DNA of 64,000 bases from a virus. The stretch is from positions 6,089 to 70,088 of the IMG/VR virus record IMGVR_UViG_3300021091_000059, one strand, 5' to 3'. Shown here piece after piece: positions 1 to 10,121 of the stretch. A program made the position numbers and the translations under genes. The notes below the pieces were generated by a model that ran no database searches, was not told the origin of the DNA, and worked only from the letters and a program-made list of their open reading frames with translations. Numbering within the stretch: the stretch's first letter is position 1; every line of letters begins with the position of its first letter.

Positions 1-2
1 TG

Positions 3-698
3 CTTGAAGATTTTTGGTTACCTCGCCGTGAAGGCGGTAAAGGTACTGAAATTACCACACTTCCAGCTGGTCAAAACCTTGGTGAATTAGAAGATGTAAA
101 ATATTTTCGTCAGAAGTTATTACAGTCATTAAATGTGCCTATTTCACGATTAGACTCGCAACAAGGTGGTATGATTGGTGTAGGTAGAGTGGCTGAAGTA
201 ACAAGAGATGAAGTTAAATTTGCTAAATTTGTTCAAAGATTAAGAAATAAGTTTTCTCAAATCTTCGATCAAGCTCTTCGTGTTCAATTGGTACTTAAAG
301 GCATTTGCACACAAGAAGAATGGGAAGATTTCAAAGAAGCCATTTACTATGACTTCTTAAAAGATAATAATTTTACCGAAATGCGTGATGCTGAATTACT
401 CCGTGAAAGAGTAAATCTACTTCAAACGGTTGACCCATATATTGGTCGTTATTATTCATCTAAATGGGTTCGTAAAAATATTCTTCAAATGAATGAAGAA
501 GACATTGAACAAATGGAAAACGAAATTAAACAAGAAGAAAATGACGGAACTGGTGGTCCAATAATGCAAGGTGGTGAACAAGTATCAGCTGACCAATATC
601 CTCCAGAAGACAACACGGTTGAACGTGGTGCCGAAGATTCAAAAACACCTCAACTTGATGCTGATGTTGAAAAGTATAGTAACATAAATAGAGCTTAA
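3..698 (+). CDS. g20: Portal vertex protein gp20, 3' part (gene begins upstream of window)
   Basis: Frame is open from base 3: LEDFWLPRREGGKGTEITTLPAGQNLGE and RDEVKFAKF are gp20 signatures; lies upstream of gp21-23. Confidence 0.97.
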   Translation, partial: LEDFWLPRREGGKGTEITTLPAGQNLGELEDVKYFRQKLLQSLNVPISRLDSQQGGMIGVGRVAEVTRDEVKFAKFVQRLRNKFSQIFDQALRVQLVLKGICTQEEWEDFKEAIYYDFLKDNNFTEMRDAELLRERVNLLQTVDPYIGRYYSSKWVRKNILQMNEEDIEQMENEIKQEENDGTGGPIMQGGEQVSADQYPPEDNTVERGAEDSKTPQLDADVEKYSNINRA

Positions 699-714
699 CA
701 TAACGGAGAAAATT

Positions 715-1041
715 ATGGAAACAACACAATTTATTGATCAACTTGTAGCCGGTAAATCTGCTCAAGCTAAAGAAACACTTACAGATATTTTATCTGCTAA
801 AGCCTTTAATGCACTTGAAAATCGTAAAATTGAAATTGCTAAATCATCTTTTGGTGGTATAGAACAAGATCAGAATGAAGATCAAGATATTGAAGTTTTA
901 GATGCAAATGAAGTCAATGGTGTTCAAATGAGTGATATTGAAGTGCAAGATACTGCCGATACACCAATGAAAGATGAGCTTATAACACAAGAAGAATTTG
1001 ATGCTTCAGGATTAATTCCTGCTAAAGTAATGGCAAAATGA
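715..1041 (+). CDS. Acidic prohead core protein (gp67-like position)
   Basis: GGAG RBS; small acidic ORF directly after gp20, as in T4-like synteny. Confidence 0.55.
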   Translation: METTQFIDQLVAGKSAQAKETLTDILSAKAFNALENRKIEIAKSSFGGIEQDQNEDQDIEVLDANEVNGVQMSDIEVQDTADTPMKDELITQEEFDASGLIPAKVMAK

Positions 1042-1733
1042 AATCTTTAGAACAGTTTAGACTTTTAATAGAAGAGGAGAAACAAGATTACTCCAAATTT
1101 GATGCGTTGGTACGAGCTGGATTAGCAAACAGGTCTCAAATACAAAGAATTCATCGTGTTTTAAATAAAATGGGTGAAGAAAAACCAACTTTTAACCCAA
1201 CTGACCGAGCATTGATGCAAATGCTTTTTTTAAAAATGGCTGATTTAATTACAAGTAAGCAACTATTTCAAAAAACAAGGCAAACAGTTCGTGAGGAATA
1301 TGAAGAAATTAATGAGGCATTAGATTCAAGTGATCCACCTTTTGTATTAGTATTAAAGAGAAAAGCCATTCGTTTATATCCAAATGGTCAAAAAATTGCT
1401 CTTTATTTTAACAACAAAATTAACAAATATTTTAGTGTTCCTTATGGTCCTGGTGTTGACTCTAATATACAGGCGGAAAATTTAAAAAACGGTATAAATA
1501 CTATTAATGAAAACAACATAACACAGTTGCAAAAGATTAAAGATAATCACCAACTTGGTGCGATTAAACATAATGATGGAACTTCAAGTAAAGTTGATGT
1601 GCAAACTGCTCATGCAATTCTTAATGTTCATAAAAAATTGAATGATGAGAATAAAAAGAAGTTTGAAGACATGATTAATAAATCACGTCAACATTTACAA
1701 AAAGCGGCAGAATTTTCACAAAAGAGAATGTAG
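1038..1733 (+). CDS. Hypothetical head-associated protein
   Basis: ORF within the head operon; N-terminus MKSLEQFRLLIEE resembles a capsid-targeting sequence. Confidence 0.5.
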   Translation: MKSLEQFRLLIEEEKQDYSKFDALVRAGLANRSQIQRIHRVLNKMGEEKPTFNPTDRALMQMLFLKMADLITSKQLFQKTRQTVREEYEEINEALDSSDPPFVLVLKRKAIRLYPNGQKIALYFNNKINKYFSVPYGPGVDSNIQAENLKNGINTINENNITQLQKIKDNHQLGAIKHNDGTSSKVDVQTAHAILNVHKKLNDENKKKFEDMINKSRQHLQKAAEFSQKRM

Positions 1734-2182
1734 TGTTAAATTTTGTTGATTTAATATTACAAAATAAATTAGACGAAGCAAAAAAAATATTATTTGATCG
1801 TCTTGATGAAATGATCGCAGATCGTATAAAAAGTGCTAAACGATATGTAGCTGAAGATAGATTTGAAAAAGTAGAAAACCTTGAAGAAGTTGCTAGACGT
1901 AATGTTAATATTATTAGAATGGGAAGAATCAATAAGATTCGCCGTAGAATAAGAAGAAACGCTAAAGGACGAATTATTGTTCAAAAAAACAGAAGACGTT
2001 CAGGTATAAAAGGTTATCGTATTTCTGGTAATACAGTTAGACGAATACCAGCAACAACAAGACTTAAAAAAGCCCGTTTATTAAAACGGTCATGGAAAAC
2101 AACTAGAAGAGCTAAACTTCGTAGAACATTATTAAAACGAAAAATGTCTATGCGAAGAAGAGCCGGATTAGGACTAAAATAA
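1733..2182 (+). CDS. Basic prohead core protein (gp68-like)
   Basis: Very Arg/Lys-rich C-terminus (KRKMSMRRRAGLGL) and position before gp21; GTG start overlaps the previous stop. Confidence 0.65.
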   Translation: MLNFVDLILQNKLDEAKKILFDRLDEMIADRIKSAKRYVAEDRFEKVENLEEVARRNVNIIRMGRINKIRRRIRRNAKGRIIVQKNRRRSGIKGYRISGNTVRRIPATTRLKKARLLKRSWKTTRRAKLRRTLLKRKMSMRRRAGLGLK

Positions 2183-2183
2183 A

Positions 2184-2534
2184 ATGCCATTTGAATTAAT
2201 TAACTCTATAAGAAGTCCTTCAATTATTCGTATTGAAGGAACAGGTACAACTACAGTTGCTTTAGCTAACTTATCAGCGAGTGCTAATGAAACTGTAACA
2301 TCCGCAAGCATTAAAAGAATAAATTGGTCAACAAACGGCAATATTCAAATTGTCAGAAGTTCTGTTCCAATTGTTTCTTTACACAATACGGGCGAAATGC
2401 GTCTTGATGAGTATGGTTATTCAATTGCAAATAATAATACCTCATCTATTGTAATTACAATTAATACCGGCGGTACAGTAGTATTAGAAGTATCTAAAGA
2501 AGCAACTTATGCAACAGCATTAACAGGATTCTAA
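2184..2534 (+). CDS. Hypothetical virion protein
   Basis: Ser/Thr/Asn-rich beta-type ORF tightly packed in the head operon. Confidence 0.5.
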   Translation: MPFELINSIRSPSIIRIEGTGTTTVALANLSASANETVTSASIKRINWSTNGNIQIVRSSVPIVSLHNTGEMRLDEYGYSIANNNTSSIVITINTGGTVVLEVSKEATYATALTGF

Positions 2535-2535
2535 C

Positions 2536-3186
2536 ATGAAACTTATTAGAGAAACCGTAGAAAATGTAAAGTATGTTACAGAGGCTTCAGAAAACGGTAA
2601 AAAGCATCTTTTCATTGAAGGTACATTTCTTGTTGGCGATACAGTCAATCGTAACAATCGCATGTATAAAATGGATACTCTTCGAAAAGAAGTCAACCGT
2701 TACAATGAAGAATATATTAAAACGAATCGTGCATTAGGTGAGTTAGGTCATCCTGACACACCAACAATCAATCTTGAAAGGGTATCCCATAAAATTGTAT
2801 CACTATCTGAAGATGGTAATACATTCTATGGTAAGGCTTTAATCCTTGAAACACCATATGGTCAAATTGTCAAAAACTTTATTGATAACGATGTAAGTAT
2901 TGGTGTATCTTCAAGAGCTCTTGGTTCAGTAGTTACAACTAAAGACGGTTATAGCCTAGTCCAAGATGACCTCAAATTAGCAACAGCGGCAGACATTGTT
3001 GCGGATCCATCAGCACCGGGTGCGTTTGTAAATGGCATCATGGAAAATAAAGAATGGATGTTTATTGAAGGTAAATTTGTAGAAACTGACTTTGACCTTG
3101 CAAAAACACAAATTCGTAAGGCATCTTCAAAAGAAATTGAAGAGGTGGCCTTAAAATTATTTGAAAATTACCTCAGAAAACTTTAA
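2536..3186 (+). CDS. g21: Prohead core protease gp21
   Basis: NRNNRMY, RALGELGHP, GVSSRALGS and DIVADPSAPGAFV motifs. Confidence 0.97.
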   Translation: MKLIRETVENVKYVTEASENGKKHLFIEGTFLVGDTVNRNNRMYKMDTLRKEVNRYNEEYIKTNRALGELGHPDTPTINLERVSHKIVSLSEDGNTFYGKALILETPYGQIVKNFIDNDVSIGVSSRALGSVVTTKDGYSLVQDDLKLATAADIVADPSAPGAFVNGIMENKEWMFIEGKFVETDFDLAKTQIRKASSKEIEEVALKLFENYLRKL

Positions 3187-3189
3187 TTT

Positions 3190-3197
3190 TATAAATA
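3190..3197 (+). promoter_or_regulatory. T4-type late promoter TATAAATA
   Basis: Exact gp55 consensus just upstream of the gp22 RBS (AAGGAG). Confidence 0.8.
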
Positions 3198-3219
3198 AGA
3201 AATCATAAGGAGATTCCTA

Positions 3220-4389
3220 ATGGCAACAAATAAACTCATGGAAGCAGCTGCTGAAGTTCTTGCAACACGCAAGCAACCCGTACCAGCTGAACCAATGCAC
3301 AAAGTGGACGCAGAGGTCACAGACCTTGGTGGTCCAAAACAAGATTTAGACGACAATAAACCGGGCGGTGATATTTACGGCAAGTATAAAGTTGATACTG
3401 CTAAAGCGACCAGTGGTTTTAAAATGATACATTCGCCAACAACTAAACCCTCAGCTGCTTCAGCTGATCCGGAAGCAGGTAAAAAACTTGTAGGTGAAGA
3501 AGAAGAATCAGACGAAGAAGAAACAATCGATGAAGCTTCTGATATGCACAAAGATGAAAAACATAACGATGAAAAGAAAAAAGTAAAAGATGAAGCATAT
3601 CACATGATGACTAAAGCGCCTGCAAACAAATATGCGATGAATAAAGAAGAAATGAAGAAAAAAATGCAAGAAGATATTGATGCTCTTTTTGCAGATGATT
3701 CTACAATTTCTGAAGATTTTAAATCTAAAGTTTCTACAATTTTTGAAGCTCGTGTTAATGACCGTGTTTCACAAATTCAAGAAGAAATTGAAGCAAACTA
3801 TGCTGATATGCTTGAAGAAGCAATCACATCTGTTCGTAAAGATTTAACAGAAAAAGTAGATGATTATCTTTCTTACGTTGTCGACCAATGGATGGGTGAC
3901 AATGAAATTGCTATTGAATCTGGTTTACGCACAGAATTAACAGACGACTTTATTGCTGGTTTACGCAATCTATTCGCAGAACATTATATTAGTGTTCCTG
4001 ATGAAAAAGTTGATCTCGTTGATGAACTTGCTGGTAAAGTTGAAGAACTTGAAAGCAAACTCAATGAAGAAATTGAGCGTGGTGTTAGCTTTGCTAAAGC
4101 ATTAGTTGAATCACGCAAAAATGAAGTAACTCGTGAAGTAAGTGAAGGTCTCACATCAACTCAAGTTGAAAAAATCAAATCACTCGCAGAGAGTGTTGAA
4201 TTCTCCACAGAGGACGAATACAAATCAAAACTTGAAACAATTCGTGAGAATTATTTTCCATCTGGCGTTAAAAAAGCTGATGAATCACAACTTAACGAAA
4301 TCGTAGAAGATACTGAAGGCGAAAAGAAAGTTATTAATGATCCATTTGTAGCTGCAGTATCCGATGCAATTAGTAAAACGAAATTTTAA
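3220..4389 (+). CDS. g22: Prohead core scaffold protein gp22
   Basis: Acidic coiled-coil; KVDDYLSYVVDQW and KLETIRENYF motifs; lies between gp21 and gp23. Confidence 0.93.
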   Translation: MATNKLMEAAAEVLATRKQPVPAEPMHKVDAEVTDLGGPKQDLDDNKPGGDIYGKYKVDTAKATSGFKMIHSPTTKPSAASADPEAGKKLVGEEEESDEEETIDEASDMHKDEKHNDEKKKVKDEAYHMMTKAPANKYAMNKEEMKKKMQEDIDALFADDSTISEDFKSKVSTIFEARVNDRVSQIQEEIEANYADMLEEAITSVRKDLTEKVDDYLSYVVDQWMGDNEIAIESGLRTELTDDFIAGLRNLFAEHYISVPDEKVDLVDELAGKVEELESKLNEEIERGVSFAKALVESRKNEVTREVSEGLTSTQVEKIKSLAESVEFSTEDEYKSKLETIRENYFPSGVKKADESQLNEIVEDTEGEKKVINDPFVAAVSDAISKTKF

Positions 4390-4418
4390 TTAAAAAATTA
4401 TCTAGGAGATAAAAAAAA

Positions 4419-5741
4419 ATGTATTTGTCCGAATCATTACAGAAAAAGTGGGAAGGTGTTCTTGAACACCCCGACTTACCTGCAATTAAAGACCCGTATC
4501 GTAAGGCTGTGACTGCTGTCATTCTTGAGAATCAAGCTCAAGAAATGCAAAAAGCAAGTCAAATGCTTACTGAAGCTACACCAGCTAACGCAGCAGGTAC
4601 AGGCGGTTTTGGTGCTGGAGCAGCTGCCGGTGGTCCAGTTGCCGGTTTTGATCCAATCTTAATCAGTTTAGTTCGCCGTTCATTACCAAACTTAATCGCA
4701 TACGATGTATGCGGTGTTCAACCAATGACAGGCCCAACTGGTTTAATCTTTGCTATGCGTTCTACATTTAGCACATCTAATGTGACCGCAGGCGCAACAG
4801 AAGCATTTTACAACGAAGCTAATACAGGTTTTGGTGGTGTTTCTGCCGCACAAACAACTCTTGCTGTTGGTACTGCTGCTGCTAACACATTCGTTGGTAA
4901 TGCTGCTCCATCACTTGGTTTAACAACAGCTTCTGCTGAAGATTTAACATTTGCAGAAATGGCATTCTCAATTGAAAAAGTTACTGTTACTGCTAGAACA
5001 AGAGCATTAAAAGCAGAATACTCAATTGAACTTGCACAAGACCTTAAAGCAGTTCATGGTTTAGATGCAGAAACAGAATTAGCAAACATCTTGTCTGCTG
5101 AAATTCTTGCTGAAATTAACCGTGAAGTTGTTAGAACAATCTATGGTACTGCTGTAACAGGTTGCCAAGTTGGTACAACTACTGCTGGTAAATTTGACCT
5201 CGACACCGATTCAAACGGTCGTTGGATGGTTGAAAAAGTTAAAGGTTTAGCTTTCCAAATTGAAAGAGAAGCCAATACTATCGCTAAATTAACTCGTAGA
5301 GGCAAAGGTAATATTTTAATTTGCTCAAGCGATGTTGCTTCAGCGTTGGCGATGTCTGGTATTCTTGATTACAATTCAGCTTTACAAGCAAATGTAGCCT
5401 TGACTGTTGATGATACAGGTAACACATATGCCGGTACTCTCTTCGGTCGTATCAAAGTGTATATTGATCCGTTTGCTCCAACATCAGCAACTCAAGAATT
5501 TGCAGTTGTTGGTTACAAAGGTTCAAATGCTTATGATGCAGGTTTATTCTATTGCCCATATGTTCCTTTACAAATGGTTCGTGCAGTTGACACATCGAAT
5601 TTCCAACCAAAAATTGGTTTCAAAACTCGTTACGGTCTAGTTGCAAACCCATTTGCACAAGGTACAACACAAGGCCTTGGTGCATTGACTGTGTTGGTTA
5701 ACAACTACTATCGTGCATTTAAAGTTGCAAACTTGATGTAA
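4419..5741 (+). CDS. g23: Major capsid protein gp23
   Basis: DPILISLVRR, GVQPMTGPTGLIFAMR, RALKAEYSIELAQDLKAVHGLDAE and FQPKIGFKTRYG. Confidence 0.99.
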   Translation: MYLSESLQKKWEGVLEHPDLPAIKDPYRKAVTAVILENQAQEMQKASQMLTEATPANAAGTGGFGAGAAAGGPVAGFDPILISLVRRSLPNLIAYDVCGVQPMTGPTGLIFAMRSTFSTSNVTAGATEAFYNEANTGFGGVSAAQTTLAVGTAAANTFVGNAAPSLGLTTASAEDLTFAEMAFSIEKVTVTARTRALKAEYSIELAQDLKAVHGLDAETELANILSAEILAEINREVVRTIYGTAVTGCQVGTTTAGKFDLDTDSNGRWMVEKVKGLAFQIEREANTIAKLTRRGKGNILICSSDVASALAMSGILDYNSALQANVALTVDDTGNTYAGTLFGRIKVYIDPFAPTSATQEFAVVGYKGSNAYDAGLFYCPYVPLQMVRAVDTSNFQPKIGFKTRYGLVANPFAQGTTQGLGALTVLVNNYYRAFKVANLM

Positions 5742-5796
5742 TTTAAAAGTCTTATAATTATAACTATAATAAAAGACTAGAAAAGTAGTAAAACTC

Positions 5797-5830
5797 AAAA
5801 GAGGGCTCTGTAAGGAGTCCTCTTTTTTTT
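5797..5830 (+). terminator. Rho-independent terminator after gp23
   Basis: GAGGGCTC-tgtaag-GAGTCCTC hairpin followed by a T-run. Confidence 0.85.
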
Positions 5831-5847
5831 AGCATAAATAAACCACT

Positions 5848-6387
5848 ATGACAATAAGCACTCGTAATCCAACAAATCCCAACTTTCTACAACCAAATAA
5901 GTTTCAACTTAATTTTGGTCGTTCACCCAATGTTAGATATTTTTGTCAATCATTAAGTGTACCCGGTATTTCTTTGTCTGAAATTCCACAAACTAATCCA
6001 TTTGTTGATGTGTATATTCCTGGTGAAAAAGCTATATACGATTTATTGAATATTACATTTATTGTTGATGAAGAATTAAGATCATGGCTTGAAATACACG
6101 ATTGGATTCGTGCTATGACTTTTCCTAAAGAATTTGCTGAATATAGAAATCTTAGTAAATTAAACAAATATGCAACAAACATTCCAATAAGCAAACCTCA
6201 ATACTCTGATGCGACTGTTACTTTGCTTTCATCATCAAATACTCCATACTATAATATTAAATTTTTTGAAGTATTTCCTACCACTCTTTCTACATTTGTA
6301 ATGAGTGTGACAGATTCACCAGATACAATCATTACGGCTGATGCTACTTTTAGATATTCGTATTTTGATGTAGAAAAATTGTTTTAA
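5848..6387 (+). CDS. g3: Tail completion / sheath stabilizer gp3
   Basis: NFLQPNKF, YFCQSLSVPGIS, FIVDEELRSWLEIHDWI; late-promoter-like CATAAATA at 5833. Confidence 0.9.
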   Translation: MTISTRNPTNPNFLQPNKFQLNFGRSPNVRYFCQSLSVPGISLSEIPQTNPFVDVYIPGEKAIYDLLNITFIVDEELRSWLEIHDWIRAMTFPKEFAEYRNLSKLNKYATNIPISKPQYSDATVTLLSSSNTPYYNIKFFEVFPTTLSTFVMSVTDSPDTIITADATFRYSYFDVEKLF

Positions 6388-6447
6388 TCAAATATTTTTA
6401 TTTGGCCAATACACATACATTTATACCTAAATTATTCTAAAAAACGC

Positions 6448-6476
6448 TTGACAATTTAATGGAGGTGATGTATCCT
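6448..6476 (+). promoter_or_regulatory. sigma70-type early promoter
   Basis: TTGACA-17bp-TATCCT upstream of uvsY. Confidence 0.6.
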
Positions 6477-6499
6477 TGAAGTAAAAGGATAACAATTAT

Positions 6500-6934
6500 A
6501 TGAAACAACTTGAAGAATTATTAGAAATGTGGCGCAAAGATTCTGAAATAGATAGAACAGAACCAGGCAAAGCGTTATTAGACATTCCTAAATTACACAG
6601 CAAATATTTAAATATTCTTTCAAAACATCGTCTATTAGCCAAAGAAGCTGATTTTAAGTTAAATAAGATGAAGGTTTTGAAATGGGAATATTATACAGGT
6701 AAATTAGATGAAGACCAACTAAAACAATACGGTTGGGAACCATTTCCATATGTCTTAAAAGCTGAAGTTAATAATTACATTGAAGCTGATAACGACATCA
6801 ACACTCGTTTAGCACAAAAAGCCTTGCATGAAGAAATCGTAGATGTATGCAGTTCAATACTCAAAGAATTAAATAATCGGACTTGGGAACTTAGGTCGTT
6901 TATAGATTGGGAAAAATTTATTCAAGGTGTCTGA
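6500..6934 (+). CDS. uvsY: Recombination mediator UvsY
   Basis: IPKLHSKYL, KWEYYTGK and IDWEKFIQG; lies between gp3 and uvsW. Confidence 0.9.
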   Translation: MKQLEELLEMWRKDSEIDRTEPGKALLDIPKLHSKYLNILSKHRLLAKEADFKLNKMKVLKWEYYTGKLDEDQLKQYGWEPFPYVLKAEVNNYIEADNDINTRLAQKALHEEIVDVCSSILKELNNRTWELRSFIDWEKFIQGV

Positions 6935-8414
6935 TTTAATACTCCATAAAAAAAACGAAGTATTCATACAATTCGAATGTGAAAGAGGACTAGCTCAAGA
7001 ACTTTCAGATCATTTTACATTTTTTGTTCCTGGATATCAATTCGTTCCAGCTTATAAAAACAGACTTTGGGATGGTAAAATAAGGTTAGTAGATTTACGC
7101 AACTTTACCATTTATCATGGTCTAGTTTCATATATTCAAAACTTCTGTCAAGAAAGAAACTATAATCTTGAAATAGATTCAAATGTAATTTCTACTGATA
7201 TATTATCGGTAGTAGAAGCTGAAAGTTTTATAAAAACATTAAACTTACCATATGAAATTCGTGATTATCAGTTAAAGTCTTTTATTCATGCTATTCGAAA
7301 TAGAAGAATTCTTTTATTATCACCAACAGCTTCAGGTAAATCACTTATACTTTATCTTGTTGTAAGATATCTACAAGAGCTAAGATTAAACAAAGGACTA
7401 CTAATTGTTTCAACCACATCATTAGTTGAGCAAATGTTTTCTGATTTTAAATCTTATGGTTATGATTCTGATCGATATTGCCATCGCCAATATTCAGGTA
7501 AAGACAAACACACAAACAATTTTTTAACGATTACTACATGGCAGTCAATTTATAAAAATCCTGTAGAATATTTTGAACAATTCGATTTTGTTTTAGGTGA
7601 TGAAGCTCACCAATTTAAAGCTAAATCACTTACCACCATACTTACAGGTTGCTCAAATTCTAAATATAGAGTAGGTACAACAGGAACTTTAGACGGAACT
7701 CAAACTCACCGTTTGGTACTAGAGGGTTTATTTGGTCCAGTTTATAAGGCAACCTCAACATCTGAATTAATTGAGAAAGGTCAGTTAGCGGATTTTAACA
7801 TTAAATGTCTGATTCTCAAGTATCCTGAACCTATATGTAAAGCGGCTCGTGATTGGGATTATAAAAAAGAAATTGATTTTATAGTTGCAAACAAAGCTCG
7901 TAATGATTTTATACGCAATTTAGCTTTATCGCTAAAAGGCAACTCACTTATTTTATTTCAATTTGTTGAAAAACATGGTAAAGACCTTTACACTAATATT
8001 AAACAACATGCAAAAAATAGGCATGTTTTTTTTGTCTTTGGCGGAACTGATGTTGAGGTTCGTGAGTCTGTTCGTTCAATTACTGAAAAAGAAAAAGACG
8101 CCATTATTGTAGCTTCATATGGCACCTTTTCAACAGGTGTCAATATTCGTAATCTACATAATATTATATTTGCATCACCTAGCAAATCAAGAATTCGTAA
8201 TCTACAATCAATTGGCCGTGGCTTAAGAATTGGAAATAATAAAACAGTAGCTGAATTATTTGATATCGCTGATGATTTTCGTATAGGTAAATATGTAAAT
8301 TATACCTTAAAACATTTTATTGAGCGAGTAAAAATATATGATGATGAAAAATTTAATTATAAATATTACAATATAGATTTAAAAAATGACACCTTTTCCA
8401 CAACACAAAATTAG
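6927..8414 (+). CDS. uvsW: DNA helicase UvsW
   Basis: WDGKIRL, SPTASGKS, DEAH, GTFSTGVNI and LQSIGRGLR. Confidence 0.97.
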   Translation: MSDLILHKKNEVFIQFECERGLAQELSDHFTFFVPGYQFVPAYKNRLWDGKIRLVDLRNFTIYHGLVSYIQNFCQERNYNLEIDSNVISTDILSVVEAESFIKTLNLPYEIRDYQLKSFIHAIRNRRILLLSPTASGKSLILYLVVRYLQELRLNKGLLIVSTTSLVEQMFSDFKSYGYDSDRYCHRQYSGKDKHTNNFLTITTWQSIYKNPVEYFEQFDFVLGDEAHQFKAKSLTTILTGCSNSKYRVGTTGTLDGTQTHRLVLEGLFGPVYKATSTSELIEKGQLADFNIKCLILKYPEPICKAARDWDYKKEIDFIVANKARNDFIRNLALSLKGNSLILFQFVEKHGKDLYTNIKQHAKNRHVFFVFGGTDVEVRESVRSITEKEKDAIIVASYGTFSTGVNIRNLHNIIFASPSKSRIRNLQSIGRGLRIGNNKTVAELFDIADDFRIGKYVNYTLKHFIERVKIYDDEKFNYKYYNIDLKNDTFSTTQN

Positions 8415-8835
8415 AGTTATCCGATTACAAAACGGAGAGGATCTTATTTCTACTTGTATTATGGATGAGGAAAATGAATGGATTCAATTAAATGATCCTA
8501 TGTCTTTGATTGTTAAACGCACCATTAAAGGCACGGCAATAATGATGATACCATGGTTGCCACTTGAGGTAATTTCTGATAATATAGCCACTATATCTTC
8601 TCATGATGTATTAACGTTTGCTGAACCAAAAGAAGATTTAATTGAATATTATAATAATATGGTTGAGCAAGCTAAAATATCAATTGTAAAAAACGATGAT
8701 GTATTAAAAGTATTAAAAGAAGAAATAACAGAATATCGTGATGACATTATTAATGAAATGTTACCTGAAGAGCAAGAGAAAGTAAAAAACTATTTAAATA
8801 TTTTAGCTGATGATAGAAAAAAGAAATTACATTAA
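8386..8835 (+). CDS. Conserved hypothetical protein (Sm-like N-terminus) upstream of gp55
   Basis: IRLQNGEDLI motif typical of T4-like ORFs at this position. Confidence 0.55.
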   Translation: MTPFPQHKIRVIRLQNGEDLISTCIMDEENEWIQLNDPMSLIVKRTIKGTAIMMIPWLPLEVISDNIATISSHDVLTFAEPKEDLIEYYNNMVEQAKISIVKNDDVLKVLKEEITEYRDDIINEMLPEEQEKVKNYLNILADDRKKKLH

Positions 8836-9239
8836 TGTTGGATTATACACCAAACAATTTTAAATTAGTAAGTGATGAAATAATAAATAATTTAACATTT
8901 GATTTATTACCTAAAAAATGGATTGAAAGAAATAAATCTAACCCTATGTTTGGTCATTGTCATACAGCATCAGCTTGCTTACAAAAGATATTTGGAACAA
9001 AAATAATTAAGTTATATCATGCCCTAGATGATGAAGGCATCTATCATTGGTGGGCAGTTGATAATAAAGGTCAAAGAATCGATTTGACAGCTGACCAATA
9101 TTATTCAACAGGTAGAAAACCTCCATATGAAAATGGAACTAAATCAGGAATGTTAGGATTTGAATATCGTGTAAGAGTGCTAACATTACTGGATAAGGTA
9201 CTAAAGCAATTACAATTAAAGGGGGCAAGGCTAGATTAA
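8835..9239 (+). CDS. YunG-like / papain-fold hypothetical protein
   Basis: GHCHTAS...HWWAV...IDLTADQY gives a Cys-His-Asp arrangement. Confidence 0.5.
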   Translation: MLDYTPNNFKLVSDEIINNLTFDLLPKKWIERNKSNPMFGHCHTASACLQKIFGTKIIKLYHALDDEGIYHWWAVDNKGQRIDLTADQYYSTGRKPPYENGTKSGMLGFEYRVRVLTLLDKVLKQLQLKGARLD

Positions 9240-9278
9240 CACATGTCAAGCACTTTTTGAGGCAATTAAGGATGAAAT

Positions 9279-9821
9279 ATGAGTGAAAAAAAACCAAAAC
9301 ACTATGTAAATAATGCTGACTTCTTGAAGGCTCTAATAGAGTATAAAGAAAAATGTGATGAGGCAAATAAAGCAAAAAAAGAGGAACCTAAAATTCCAAA
9401 TTATGTTGGCGAATGTTTTTTAAAAATTGCTGAACATTTATCTCGCAAACCAAATTTTATATCATATTCTTTTCGTGATGAAATGATAGCTGATGGTATT
9501 GAAAACTGTATGATGTATTTCCGTAATTTCGATCCAGCTAAATCTAAAAATCCATTTGCATACTTTACACAAATTATATACTTTGCCTTTCTTCGCCGTA
9601 TAATGAAAGAAAAGAAACAACTTTATGTTAAGTATAAGGCAACCGAACAGTTTGGTATTCTAGATGAACATGAATTACTAGAAGATTCAGATGGAGTGGC
9701 CAAACAATTTGAATTATACGACAACATTTCTGAATTCATTCATAATTTTGAAGAAAATAAGAAAAAGAGAAAAGAAAATAAAACTAAAGGATTGGATAAA
9801 TTTTTTAGTGAAGACCTATAA
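9279..9821 (+). CDS. g55: Late-transcription sigma factor gp55
   Basis: HYVNNADFL, YVGECFLKIA and NPFAYFTQIIYFAFLRRI. Confidence 0.97.
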   Translation: MSEKKPKHYVNNADFLKALIEYKEKCDEANKAKKEEPKIPNYVGECFLKIAEHLSRKPNFISYSFRDEMIADGIENCMMYFRNFDPAKSKNPFAYFTQIIYFAFLRRIMKEKKQLYVKYKATEQFGILDEHELLEDSDGVAKQFELYDNISEFIHNFEENKKKRKENKTKGLDKFFSEDL

Positions 9822-9836
9822 TTACCTGTAAAATAC

Positions 9837-9865
9837 TTGACTTTAATTATATTATGTGTTATTAT
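9837..9865 (+). promoter_or_regulatory. sigma70-type promoter
   Basis: TTGACT-17bp-TATTAT with TG extension. Confidence 0.55.
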
Positions 9866-9924
9866 CAGAGAGTGCGCTGAAGTTAGTTTCAGATTTCCTA
9901 ATTCTTTTTCATATGAGGACACAA

Positions 9925-10119
9925 ATGAATACAGAAAAGTTACTTCAACATATTAGAATTTTAGAAGAAGAACATTTAATTTTAGATAGTAATATCAAAG
10001 ATGGGTATAGTCATTTTGTAAATGATGCAGAATTAAACAAAATGAAATATCAAAAGCTTGAGATAAAACGAGAAATAGAAACACTTAAAAACCAATATAA
10101 CAATTTAAGAATTAAATAA
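9925..10119 (+). CDS. Small coiled-coil protein, DUF465/YdcH-like
   Basis: ATG 9925 follows a GAGG RBS; LEEEHLILDSNI...KYQKLEIKREI pattern. Confidence 0.55.
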   Translation: MNTEKLLQHIRILEEEHLILDSNIKDGYSHFVNDAELNKMKYQKLEIKREIETLKNQYNNLRIK

Positions 10120-10121
10120 TA

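Noticed and set aside
9244-9251. Reverse-strand GCTTGACA (-35-like) upstream of gp55
   Set aside because: No acceptable -10 hexamer at 16-18 bp on the minus strand
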